This document shows positions 20,346 to 31,298 of a DNA stretch of 64,000 nucleotides, piece after piece. Source of the DNA: Histomonas meleagridis 2922-C6/04-290x. Lineage: Eukaryota; Protista; Parabasalia. Position numbers and translations under genes: made by a program. The notes below the pieces were generated by a model that was not told the DNA's origin, searched no databases, and saw only the letters and a list, made by a program, of their open reading frames with translations. The DNA lies in NCBI GenBank assembly GCA_020184695.1, contig JAANOX010000136.1, positions 62,001 through 126,000 of the forward strand. The letters run 5' to 3'. The stretch's first letter is position 1, and the number at the start of each line of letters is the position of its first letter.

Positions 20346-21041
20346 ATGTATGAAAACTTATTATTCGATGCAGATGGCACATTATATGACTTTAAAGCAA
20401 GTGAAGACAAAGCAATAACAATGCTTTGGGATGAATTTAAACTTCCAGAAGGCACGCAATCCATTTATCAGAAATGGAATAATCAAGTCTGGTCTCTTTT
20501 CGAGCAAGGTAAAATCACCATCCAGGCACTCAAAGTTAAGAGGTTTGAAAATTTCCTAAACGAAATAGGCTCTACTAACTTGGATCCTTCAGTTATTTCG
20601 GATCACTTTTTAAAATATTTATCTCAATTTGGAATTCTTTACGACCAAAGCCGCGAAGTACTTCTCGAGTTAAAGTCACGTGGATATCATATTTATATTG
20701 TAACCAATGGAGTAAAAGATGTTCAAAAAGGTCGATTTACAGCTCATAAAGAAGAAGGGTTATTTGAAGCTGTGTTTTGCTCCGAAGAACTCAATTCAAA
20801 TAAGCCACAAAAAGAATTTTTTGATAAAGTTTTTCAGATTCTCAATTTCGACGATGAATCAATAAGGAAAACAATAATCATTGGCGATAGCCTCACTTCT
20901 GATATACAAGGAGGAATCAACGCTGGAATTCCGACTGTATGGTTCAATCGACACAATCGACCTGTTGATCCAAATATAAAGCCAACATATGAAATACATC
21001 AGCTAAAGGAATTATTGGACATGTTTCCCAAAATCAAGTAA
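20346..21041 (+). CDS. HAD hydrolase, YjjG-family (noncanonical pyrimidine 5'-nucleotidase)
   Basis: LLFDADGTLYDF, IVTNGV..VQ..R, FCSEE...KP.KEFF, IIGDSLTSDIQGGINAGIPTVWFN are the typical YjjG/YfnB motifs. Confidence 0.88.
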   Translation: MYENLLFDADGTLYDFKASEDKAITMLWDEFKLPEGTQSIYQKWNNQVWSLFEQGKITIQALKVKRFENFLNEIGSTNLDPSVISDHFLKYLSQFGILYDQSREVLLELKSRGYHIYIVTNGVKDVQKGRFTAHKEEGLFEAVFCSEELNSNKPQKEFFDKVFQILNFDDESIRKTIIIGDSLTSDIQGGINAGIPTVWFNRHNRPVDPNIKPTYEIHQLKELLDMFPKIK

Positions 21042-21510
21042 TTAAAGAAAATTTATTTACAAAAAATAAATTTTTTCACTTAGAAAAGCATCAATTTGTA
21101 AATTATTAAAGTTTTCATTGTTTTATCTGATTTTTTTAAATTTTTGGTAAGCAATGTGGAGGTAATTTCCGCCATAAGTTTAGCAAATATCGATATTTTG
21201 AGCTCAAAATTGTTTTTTAAATTTAAAATTTTGAACATTTTATTTCCGTTAAGCAAAAATCGTAATAATAAAGAGTAGCATTCAAGAATAACCTTATTTT
21301 GTTTTATTTTTTGTTTTTTCTCCATTTTTCTTCAATTATTCTCATACCATCCGCATAATTTCATATTGTATGCTTTATTGATCGTTGTTTTGCTTTTCGA
21401 TAAAGTATACAATTTCATTGTCATTCCCTGGCATAGTGCCATCATTTGAATGTTATGAAAATTTGTCAAATGACAGCTGATGCATTGAATCAAATTGTTA
21501 TAAAATCAAG

Positions 21511-22749
21511 ATGCTCGCTCTTCTTTTGGTAAACGCATTATGTTCAACAGAGCTTGAACCAATCCCAGTTCCAAAGGGCCTCTCCAATATAGATGCATGT
21601 GCAGTCTGCAAGAATGTAATATCAGGAATTATTGAACTCTTGTATGATCCATTAATCGAATCCGAATTTTATGATCTCGCTTTGAAACAGTGCGATAGTT
21701 TCAGTATTGATTCTGCTAAAAGTCTTTGCGTAACAATCGTTGAGGATTACATTAAGAAGGTTATTTCTTTAATAATAGCAGACTATAGCAAAGCTGATAT
21801 CTGCGCTGCGCTAAGACTTTGTGAAGAGAGTAATGATTTTGAAGCTGATTACATCATAATCCCAGAAGGACTTGAAAATGGAATTGCTTGTTCAATATGC
21901 AAGCACCTTGTTACAGCTATATCCAAGGTTATTTCTAGCACTCAAAGCCAAACCGAGATTACCGAACAAGCCAAAAAACTATGTTCCAAGTTCCCCAAGA
22001 TTGGTCGTGATTTCTGCAACTCAATTGTCGGTAAATATCTTCCAAAGCTTATAACATGGGTCAACGATAAATTAAGCACCACTGAAATCTGCAGCAAACT
22101 TAAATTATGCCAATCAAATGATGACAATGATGATGCATATCTCGAATTATATCTCGAAATGGACGAAAATGACTATGTAACAGACATTGAACTTCCACTA
22201 GGACTTAGCAATGCCGACAACTGTGCTATTTGTAAGAAAGCTGTTGGATTTGTCTCAGCCGCAATGAAGAACAGTCTTGTCCAAGCTGTAGTTAAAGCCG
22301 CAGCAACATCAGCGTGCGGAGCAATCTCCAGTGGAGTTGGCGCCGGACTTTGCAGAACAATTGTTGGATCGTGTGTCGGCCCAATAATGACATGGCTTGG
22401 ACAAAAGTTATCACAATCAAAGATCTGCTCTAAATTAGGCTATTGCAAAGGAAATTCCATCGATGAAGGTGATGATGAAATTGCTTATGTCGAAATTCCG
22501 GATGGCTTGGATAACGCATCTGCATGTGTCATATGCAAGAACGTTGTCAACGGCATGAAGACAATCGTTGATGTCTCATCAAAAGCAGAAAGTGTCAAAA
22601 AGATTGTGAGTGAACTTTGTACGAAGATTCCTGTAATTGGAAAGGGAATATGCACTTCAATGGTCGGAAACTACTTTACACCAATTTACAATATGATTTT
22701 GAGTGGAATGTCAAGTATCAATATTTGTCAGAAAATTGGACTTTGCTAA
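21511..22749 (+). CDS. Secreted saposin-like precursor with four SapB domains
   Basis: Signal-peptide-like start and four CxxC...C...C...C..L.LC six-cysteine domains separated by acidic linkers. Confidence 0.88.
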   Translation: MLALLLVNALCSTELEPIPVPKGLSNIDACAVCKNVISGIIELLYDPLIESEFYDLALKQCDSFSIDSAKSLCVTIVEDYIKKVISLIIADYSKADICAALRLCEESNDFEADYIIIPEGLENGIACSICKHLVTAISKVISSTQSQTEITEQAKKLCSKFPKIGRDFCNSIVGKYLPKLITWVNDKLSTTEICSKLKLCQSNDDNDDAYLELYLEMDENDYVTDIELPLGLSNADNCAICKKAVGFVSAAMKNSLVQAVVKAAATSACGAISSGVGAGLCRTIVGSCVGPIMTWLGQKLSQSKICSKLGYCKGNSIDEGDDEIAYVEIPDGLDNASACVICKNVVNGMKTIVDVSSKAESVKKIVSELCTKIPVIGKGICTSMVGNYFTPIYNMILSGMSSINICQKIGLC

Positions 22750-23596
22750 ATTGAATATTGTGAACCAACTTTGTTTCGCTAATAATAAACAATTTGTCCG
22801 AAATGTAATTTGATTGCGATGTGGTATGACAAAACATTTGATGGGCCAAAAGTATAAACAACTTCCAAAGAGTGATTGGGATTTTAGCAGAAAGCAGACT
22901 AAAGAAACGTTTCTGATAAAATTGAAGAGTTGCTGGAAAAATGAAACATCGATTTCAAAATACTGAAATATTTGTATAATTAACAAACTGATATCTTAAA
23001 AATAATCAAAATCATATGTTTGATTAAATTTATGAAATTCAATTTTCATTTTTTATGAGCCAGCCTAACTATGAATTTAAACTGCTGAATTATTTTTATG
23101 CTCATTGAAAAATAAAAAATAAATTAAATTATTTACAATTTAGTGAACTTTTTGAATCAAATGATGTCGTTCATCTCACAAATTGGTGTTTTTGATCGAA
23201 AAATTCAAGACCGACTATATGGTCATGATAGAAAATATAAAAAAGAATCATTATTGACAAACGCCTCACTATTCAAATCGATATTCCTGAATTAATATAT
23301 TGTTAATCGATCATATTTTATATAAATGAAGATAATGAAGATATCAACTTTAACAAAAAAATTCACAGATACTATGAAATCGATATCTGATTCAACCATG
23401 ACTCAGAAAATTAAATAGAAAATACATCATATATTATTTTATAATTTATTTATGATTGGATATTTATCAAAATAAAATATAACATAATTATTCCGGATTT
23501 AACAAATAATATTGTAAAATATTTTAAGTACCTCTGTTTTGGAGTCTATTATCATTTTTCTTGTTTCTATCACTAAATGAGATTTATCATTTTCTT

Positions 23597-25783
23597 TTAT
23601 AAAACAAAGATATCTTTAGCGTTAACATTAATTTCTTTTTGTTCAAGAAGTAATTTAACTATTTCTGATTTAGATGCTAACATAAGTGCTGTTACAAATA
23701 ATTTAGATAATTTCCAAATATTATTTTGAAATATCAAAATATTATAACAAATTTTAAACAAAACAAATAAATATTTTTAGCATTAATATTAATTTCTTTT
23801 TGTTCAAGAAGTAATTTAACTATTTCTGTATTACCTTTATAAGATGCATACATAAGTGCTGTTACAAATAATTTAGATAATTTTCAAATATTATTTTGAA
23901 ATATAAAATTATTAAAACAAATTTGAAATAAAACAAATAAATATTTTTAGCATTAATATCAATTCCTTCTTGTTCAATAAGTATTTTAACTATTTCTGTA
24001 TGACCTTTATCAGATGCTAATATAAGTGCTGTTACAAATAATTTAAATAATTTTCAAATATTATTTTGAAATTTTAAATTATTAAAATAAATATAAAATA
24101 AAACAAATAAATATTTTTAGCATTAATATCAATTCCTTCTTGTTCAAGAAGTAATTTAACTATTTCTGTATGACCATTCAAAGATGCCCAAATAAGTGCT
24201 GTATCATATAATTTAAATAATTTCCAAATATATTATTGAAATAAAAAATTATAAAAATATATTTTAAATAAAGTATATAAATACCTTTAGCATTAATATT
24301 AATTCCTTCTTGTTCAAGAAGTAATTTAACTATTTCTGATTTAGATGCTAACATAAGTGCTGTTACAAATAATTTAGATAATTTTCAAATATTATTTTGA
24401 AATATTAAATTATTATAATAAATTTTAAACAAAACAAATAAATATTTTTATAATTAATATCAATTCCTTCTTGTTCAAGAAGTAATTTAACTATTTCTGT
24501 ATGACCTTTTTCAGATGCAATAATAAGTGCTGTATTAAATAATATAAATAATTTTCAAATATTATTTCGAAATATTAAATTATCAAAATAAATATCAAAT
24601 AAAACAAATAAACGCTTTTAGCATTAATATCAATTCCTTCTTGTTCAAGAAGTATTTTAACTATTTCTGTATGACCTTTATCAGATGCTAATATAAGTGC
24701 TGTATTAAATAATATAAATAATTTCCAAATATTATTTTAAAATATCAAATTATCAAAATAAATTTTAAATAAAACAAATAAATATCTTTAGCATTAATAT
24801 CAATTCCTTCTTGTTCAAGAAGTAATTTAACTATTTCGATATAACCTTTTTGAGATCCACACATAAGTACTGTTCTAAATAATTTAAATAATTTCCAAAT
24901 ATTATTTTGAAATCCAAAATTATTAAAATAGATATTAAATAAAACAAATAATTACTTTTAGTATTAATTTCAATTCCTTCTTGTTCAAGAAGTAATTTAA
25001 CTATTTCGATATAACCTTTTTGAGATCCGCACATAAGTGCTGTATTAAACATTTAAAATAATTTCCAAATATTCTTTTAAAATCAAAAATTATTAAAATA
25101 AATTTTAAACAAAACAAATAATTACTTTTAGTATTAATATCAATTCTTTCTTGTTCAAGAAGTAATTTAACTATTTCTGTATGACCATTTGAAGATGCAA
25201 CAATAAGTGCTGTTTGAAATAATTTAAATAATTTCCAAATATTATTTTGAAATATCAAATTATTATAATAAATTTTAAACAAAACAAATAAATATTTTTA
25301 TAATTAATATCAATTCCTTCTTGTTCAAGAAGTAATTTAACGATTTCTGTATGACCATTTGAAGATGCAACAATAAGTGCTGTATTAAATAATATAAATA
25401 ATTTTCAAATATTATTTCGAAATATTAAATTATCAAAATAAATATCAAATAAAACAAATAAACGCTTTTAGCATTAATATCAATACCTTTGCAATTCAGA
25501 AATATTTTAACTATTTTGATATGGTTATTTTTAGACGCATTAACAAGTGCAGTTTCAAATAATTGTTATAAATATGAAATAATTAATTTAATCATAAAAT
25601 TATGAATTCAGATATCAAAATGATTAACATTAATTCCTTGTTGTTTAACAAGCCATTGTACTGTTTCAACATATCCTTTTTTTGCTGCATTTAAAAGTTG
25701 TGTATTAAATAATTTAAATAAATTAAAAAAAATTTTATGAAACATAAAGATATAAAAACAAATATAAAATTGATTAAATAAAT
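23597..25783 (-). repeat. Tandem 170-nt ankyrin-block/interruption array (13 units)
   Basis: Minus-strand Thr codons at 25703, 25553, 25383, 25213, 25043, 24873, 24703, 24533, 24363, 24202, 24032, 23862, 23692. Confidence 0.95.
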
Positions 25784-27072
25784 GTTATTTGATGATCTAT
25801 CAAAAATTGTTTTTGTTCAAGAACTAATTTAATGATCTCATAATTTCGTGTTGAACATGGATAACTATATATGATTGAAAAAAATATTGCTTGTTTTTTT
25901 AATATAACGATTTAGAAAGAATAAATTCCCAATTTTTATTGCTTTTCTAAGAATATCATTGCTTATTTTTAATCCAACTGATTTTAAATATATAAAATTT
26001 TTGAAATTATTATGTTTTAAGCTAAGAATTCCAAATTTATTTAAATCATTAATTTCAGTAATTTTGTTTTCATAAAGATATTTAAAGATATCATTTCGAT
26101 GAAATTCAATTGCTGTTTCATATGCATCTTCAAATGATGAATGGTTTTGTTCACATAAATGAATGATTTCTACATTTTCGCCTACAACTGCATATTTACC
26201 TGTGTTTTCTACTTTAGCGCCATTCATAAGTAAATATTTAAAACATTTAACTGAAGAAAAAAATGCTGCATAATCAATTAATGTAACATTTTCTTTATTA
26301 ATAATTGAACATCTTTCATAAAGTGATGGTTCAATTGTTTGATTAAAATTAAAGTTTGTTTGTGATGATATTTCTTGAAGTTTTTCGATTTCATCATTTC
26401 GAATGATTTTCGCAATTTCATTTGGATTATGTCCTTCTTTAATATATTTCTTATGTAATTCCCATTCATTCTTTGAATGTTCCTCATAATTATTAATAAA
26501 ATCTAATTGTAATTGCTGTTGTGAATCAAGATGTTTTAATTGAAGAATTTCTTCTTTTGAATAATAATGTGCAAAATAGAATGATTTCTTTTCTCCTATA
26601 AAATCTGGTTGAATGAATTCATGTTCAATCATTTTATTAAGTAAATAATTTGATTCTTGTGTTTTTAACTTAATTAAATATCTTTCGAAAACATATATTA
26701 TCTTATAACATTGAATGTTTTTCTTCTTTTTAACTCAATAAATTTTTAAAAAAACTTAAATATAAATATACTTCTTACCTTTGAGATATAAAAAGCACTA
26801 TATATTAATCTACTAATTAAAATATTAAATGAATATGGAAAAATATCACTAAAAAACTTCATTACGGTTTGAGTCGATAATTCGAAATTATCTTCTGTTA
26901 ATTCAAAAATTATGTTTTCGAGTGATTGTAATGGAGCTGGAATCTTTTTTTGGTTTGATCTTTCTGAATTAATTTTTGTTAATTTTTGGCTTGTCTTTAT
27001 AAAATTTTTTGGATTAATAACTCGTGTTTTCGAACGAATGTTCAATGAATTTCTATTCGAACGAGTTTTCAT
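23597..27072 (-). pseudogene. DUF3447-like/ankyrin gene copy 2 (homopolymer frameshifts; interrupted ankyrin array)
   Basis: ORF pieces 27072-26746 and 26632-25865 separated by A/T-run frameshifts, followed by 13 ankyrin blocks ending NAKDIFVL* at 23597. The frameshifts could be assembly errors, so the gene may be intact in vivo. Confidence 0.7.
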
Positions 27073-27891
27073 ATTATCATAAAGTTTAATATTTGGATTA
27101 AGTGACTTAACGTTTTGAAGTGACCGTTTATCACATTCATAAATTTTATAACGTATATAAACGGTTCAAATATTTGAGCAAAGCCACTTTTTAATCTTAA
27201 CGGAAATTTCACATCAACCAAATATAGAACCAGATAATATCATTACAATTGAGAAATTGTTATTGAATTATATGAAAATAATCTTGGGTTAACAGCCAAA
27301 CACATTTCAGAAATTATTGAAGTTGATTTAAGTTTCCTTTATTAATTAATTTTATTTAACTCAGTTTATTTTTGTGTTTTTGTTGAAATAAAATCAGAAT
27401 TTGCAAATTTGTCAACAAATATAAAAAATTTAAATTTTTCGTAATTACTTGAAGTATTCCAATAAATAAATGAATAAGTAGAAAATGATACCAACGAAAC
27501 TTTCGTATTATGTGAATAAAAAAGAAAATCAAATATTAGAAACACTTTTAAATAATAAAATCGAAGAATTACAAGAAAATTCAATACAAAATGATTTTTG
27601 ATCAAAACTGATTATAATCAAGAAATTGCTTGAGTTTATCAATAAACCCCGCTTGGGCTGCTTTAGTAAGTGCAACATCAAATTATATAGGGAAGCTCCA
27701 AAAAATATTATAAAGTATTAAAGCATTAAATAAAATAACAAAAAATTTATATCATTTGACGAAATCGCACAACACAGACAAAAAGCTGATTGCATACTTT
27801 ACATACATGTGACGAACAGTAAAATCTCAATTTACCAAATTCATGATGAATGTGTTTCTTTTCATACAAAATGAATGTGAGTTCATTATCT

Positions 27892-30060
27892 TTATTCAAT
27901 TTTCTTCTTTGGGAAGAGCACTGTTGCTGGTGTCATTTGTGTTCCCTTCTTTAACAAGCCAAACTTAAACATTACATTTGGATCGTTATCGAGTGGAGCT
28001 GGAGAACCCAAATCCTTAAGTAATGTCTTTGCTGTGTTTGGCATAAATGGATATATGCACAATGATATAATCCTTAAGCCTTCGATCACAACGTACGCAA
28101 TTGTACCAAAGCGCGCGTCATCTTTTCCTTTGTAAGTCCATGGCTTTTGGTCAGTGATATACTTATTAAGGTCGTGCAAGAGTTCCCATGTGTCGGCGAG
28201 TGCGTGTCTTGTTTGGCCAAATTGTACAAAGTGGTCAATTGTACCTGGTAATGCTTCGATCTTTTCGACAATCTCTTTATCAGCTTCAGTTAATTCACCA
28301 CATTCAGGTACTTTCATATCAGCACCAATGAACTTAGGTGATAAGACACGCATGACAAGATTCCAGAAGACATCCGCTAAATCATTGTTATTACGATTTA
28401 ACATAGCTTGGACAGAATAATCAGCATCACTAACAAGTGTAACTTCACGTAACAGGAAATATTTGACGGGTTCAAGTCCCCAGAAATCTCGAAGAACGAT
28501 TGGATCAAGTGTATTACCAATACTCTTGGACATCTTTTCGCTATTCATTGTCCACCAGCCATGAACAAGTAAACGCTTATATGGTTTAATGCCGGCTGCA
28601 AGAAGGAAGGCTGGCCAATAAACTGCGTGGAATTTAAGAATATCCTTGCCAACGGTATGAAGATCTGCTGGCCATATTCCATCTTCTTCACCATTCCATC
28701 CGGCGACCGTTAAGTAGTTTGCCAATGCGTCAATCCAAACGTACATCGTTTGACTTTCATCGTCTGGAACTGGGATGCCCCAGGAGACGTTAGCGCGTGA
28801 AACTGACAAATCGCGAAGTTCGCCCATAACAAATGATTTGACTTGGTTGTAATATTGGCGTGGTGTGATGCATGTTGGGTTTGCATTCATCCAGTCGAGA
28901 AGTGGTTGCCTCATTTCAGAAAGTTTAAACATGTAATTATCTTCAGATGACCAAATAAGTTCAGCACCATCTTCAATATTAAACTTCTTAGCAACACCAT
29001 CAACAATACGTTCTTCAATGCTGTTTTCGGGGATGAAAGCTTCTTCACGCTTGGAATACCATCCTTCATACTTACCTTTGTAGATGTAACCTTTTTCACG
29101 AAGAATGACCCAGAGCTTCTTGGCAACTTCAAGATGGCGTGGCTCTGTTGTTCTGATGAAAACATCTGGATGGAGATCAAATTCTTTGAAGGCGTCTCGG
29201 AATGTTGTTGATGTCTTATCACACCATTCTTGTGGGGAAACGCCATGTTCAGCTGCTGTTGTTTGAACCTTAAGACCATGTTCATCAGTACCAGATGAAT
29301 AAATTATTGGAATATGACGAAGTTTGTACCAATTAGAAAGTGATTCAACAAGTGTTGTTGTGAAAACATGGCCAATGTGTGGTGCGCCATTGACGTAATA
29401 AATTGGTGTTGAGAAATACATTTTCTTTTCGGGTGGTGGTGACATGGCATATCTCTCAGGAATGCCAAGATTCATGATTGCAAAGTTAACTGCCTCGTCA
29501 ATGAGTCCCTTTGTACCAATTTTAGTTGCTTTAGCTGGTGATACATCAATGTCAAATGATGCAATAATATCTAAGATAGCATCAAGATATGTATTGGCAA
29601 CTGTCTTTTGTTGAGCAGATTGGTATTTTTCGGCTTTGGTGAAAAGAGTATCAAGTTCTTTTTTAGATTTTTGAAGTCTATCTTCCTTAACTAAGATGTG
29701 TTGCTTTTCGCTGGCAACAATTGGAGTAGCTGTAGCGTAAATTAAGTCAGCAAAGGAAATCAAAGATTCAACTTCAGAAAGTTTTTGTGTTGGGAGTAAC
29801 TTATTATTTGCAAATAAGTATTTAATGATAGAATGAGTTCCGTGATATGTTGGTTCTTCTTTCTTTTCAGCTGTTTCATCTGCTTTTTCAGCGGATTCTT
29901 CCTTCCTTAAAACAGGCCAAATTGGGAATTTAAGATCTTTTGAAAGTGTTTGACGTTTATCTGATGAAACATCAATAATCTTTGGTGGAGCTTCTAATAA
30001 AGAAAGAATTTTTCTTATTACATATGAGTCTTTGGTATGAGAAATCGTGAGAACTTCCAT
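27892..30060 (-). CDS. MARS: Methionyl-tRNA synthetase with N-terminal extension
   Basis: TPIYYVNGAPHIGH, GTDEHGLK, YVWIDAL, GKDILKFH, KMSKS. ATG at 30060 (the ORF track starts at GTG 30078). Confidence 0.95.
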   Translation of the reverse strand: MEVLTISHTKDSYVIRKILSLLEAPPKIIDVSSDKRQTLSKDLKFPIWPVLRKEESAEKADETAEKKEEPTYHGTHSIIKYLFANNKLLPTQKLSEVESLISFADLIYATATPIVASEKQHILVKEDRLQKSKKELDTLFTKAEKYQSAQQKTVANTYLDAILDIIASFDIDVSPAKATKIGTKGLIDEAVNFAIMNLGIPERYAMSPPPEKKMYFSTPIYYVNGAPHIGHVFTTTLVESLSNWYKLRHIPIIYSSGTDEHGLKVQTTAAEHGVSPQEWCDKTSTTFRDAFKEFDLHPDVFIRTTEPRHLEVAKKLWVILREKGYIYKGKYEGWYSKREEAFIPENSIEERIVDGVAKKFNIEDGAELIWSSEDNYMFKLSEMRQPLLDWMNANPTCITPRQYYNQVKSFVMGELRDLSVSRANVSWGIPVPDDESQTMYVWIDALANYLTVAGWNGEEDGIWPADLHTVGKDILKFHAVYWPAFLLAAGIKPYKRLLVHGWWTMNSEKMSKSIGNTLDPIVLRDFWGLEPVKYFLLREVTLVSDADYSVQAMLNRNNNDLADVFWNLVMRVLSPKFIGADMKVPECGELTEADKEIVEKIEALPGTIDHFVQFGQTRHALADTWELLHDLNKYITDQKPWTYKGKDDARFGTIAYVVIEGLRIISLCIYPFMPNTAKTLLKDLGSPAPLDNDPNVMFKFGLLKKGTQMTPATVLFPKKKIE

Positions 30061-30689
30061 TAAATTGATTACTGTCACTTTTGGGTTTTGGTCGATCTAA
30101 TTAAGAGGAATTTTGGCCAAGCAAAGTATTGAATTGAAATGGTGACATTCTGAATTCAGACCTTCCAGCAAAAAAATTAAATGGTTTACTAAACAAATCC
30201 GTTCCTGGAATTTTGTAAATTTATCTTTTCGTTCGATTTCATTATCCTTTTAGAATTAAAGATTTGCAATAATTAAACTTATTTATTTATAAATAATAAA
30301 GTGAAAATCATTAATGTTTGTTGTATTCATTAAAAAGTTTCGATTTTTTCTAACATTTCTTGATTTTTTGCGATAGAAGCCTAAAAATTTGCAATGAGAA
30401 AATTTTTTATTCTAAATTATAAAAACAATTTTTCATTCATTTATATAATACATTTTTAGTGCTAAAAGGCAATTTCTTTGATGGAGTCTTGCTTTGTTCC
30501 CAATTTTATTTGTCGATGTCCTTCCTTCTATTAACCTTTGTAATTTCATGATAATTTGAATTATTTGACTCATCCAACAGACATTTATCATTAAATTCGA
30601 GGTTCTCATTATTATTTGATAGAAAAAGCATATCACATTTGAAATTTGGTTTATCATAAGCTTCATTTTTACGAATTAATTCAACTACT

Positions 30690-30990
30690 TCTGTTTGTTC
30701 AAAGAATGAAGTGTTGTATAAAATATTGAAAAAATTTCCAAATATTATTTTGAATTCCCAAATTGTTATGTTAAATTTGACAAAGAAAAAATATCTATGG
30801 AATTGACATTAATACTTTTATTCTCAAGAAGTAATTTAACAATTTCTATATAACCTTTTTGAGCTGCTAAATTAAGTGCTATTAGAAACAGTCCGAATAA
30901 TTACCAAACATTATTTTGAAATATCAAATTATCAAAACAAATTTTATATATGACAAACAAATATCTTTAGTATTAACATTGATTATGTTT
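30690..30990 (-). pseudogene. Orphan relic of the interrupted ankyrin array (one full block plus flanks)
   Basis: Minus strand: INVNTKD, an 80-nt interruption (30962-30883, GG at -23), IALNLAAQKGYIEIVKLLLENKSINVNSID, a 75-nt decayed interruption, then TTLHSLNKQK*. Confidence 0.8.
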
Positions 30991-31298
30991 TATGTATGAG
31001 GATTCCCAAGTGAGCGCAGTTTTAGATTATATAAATGATTATCTTATTATTTGAACAAATATCTGTAATTATGGATATTATGGATAAATATGGTGAAGGT
31101 GATACTTTTTATTTCGTGCCCGAAAATTTCTGTACATTCGAAAATTGAAGAAAAATTATATAACCGAAAAAATCGTTGAATTAATTCCAATTATCTATTA
31201 TGACTATTGCATCGGGGTGCCATAAAACGATTATAGGCAAACGGTCACTAATGTATGGGCTTTATTAAAAAAGTGTTCATAAACAAAAAGCCAAATAC

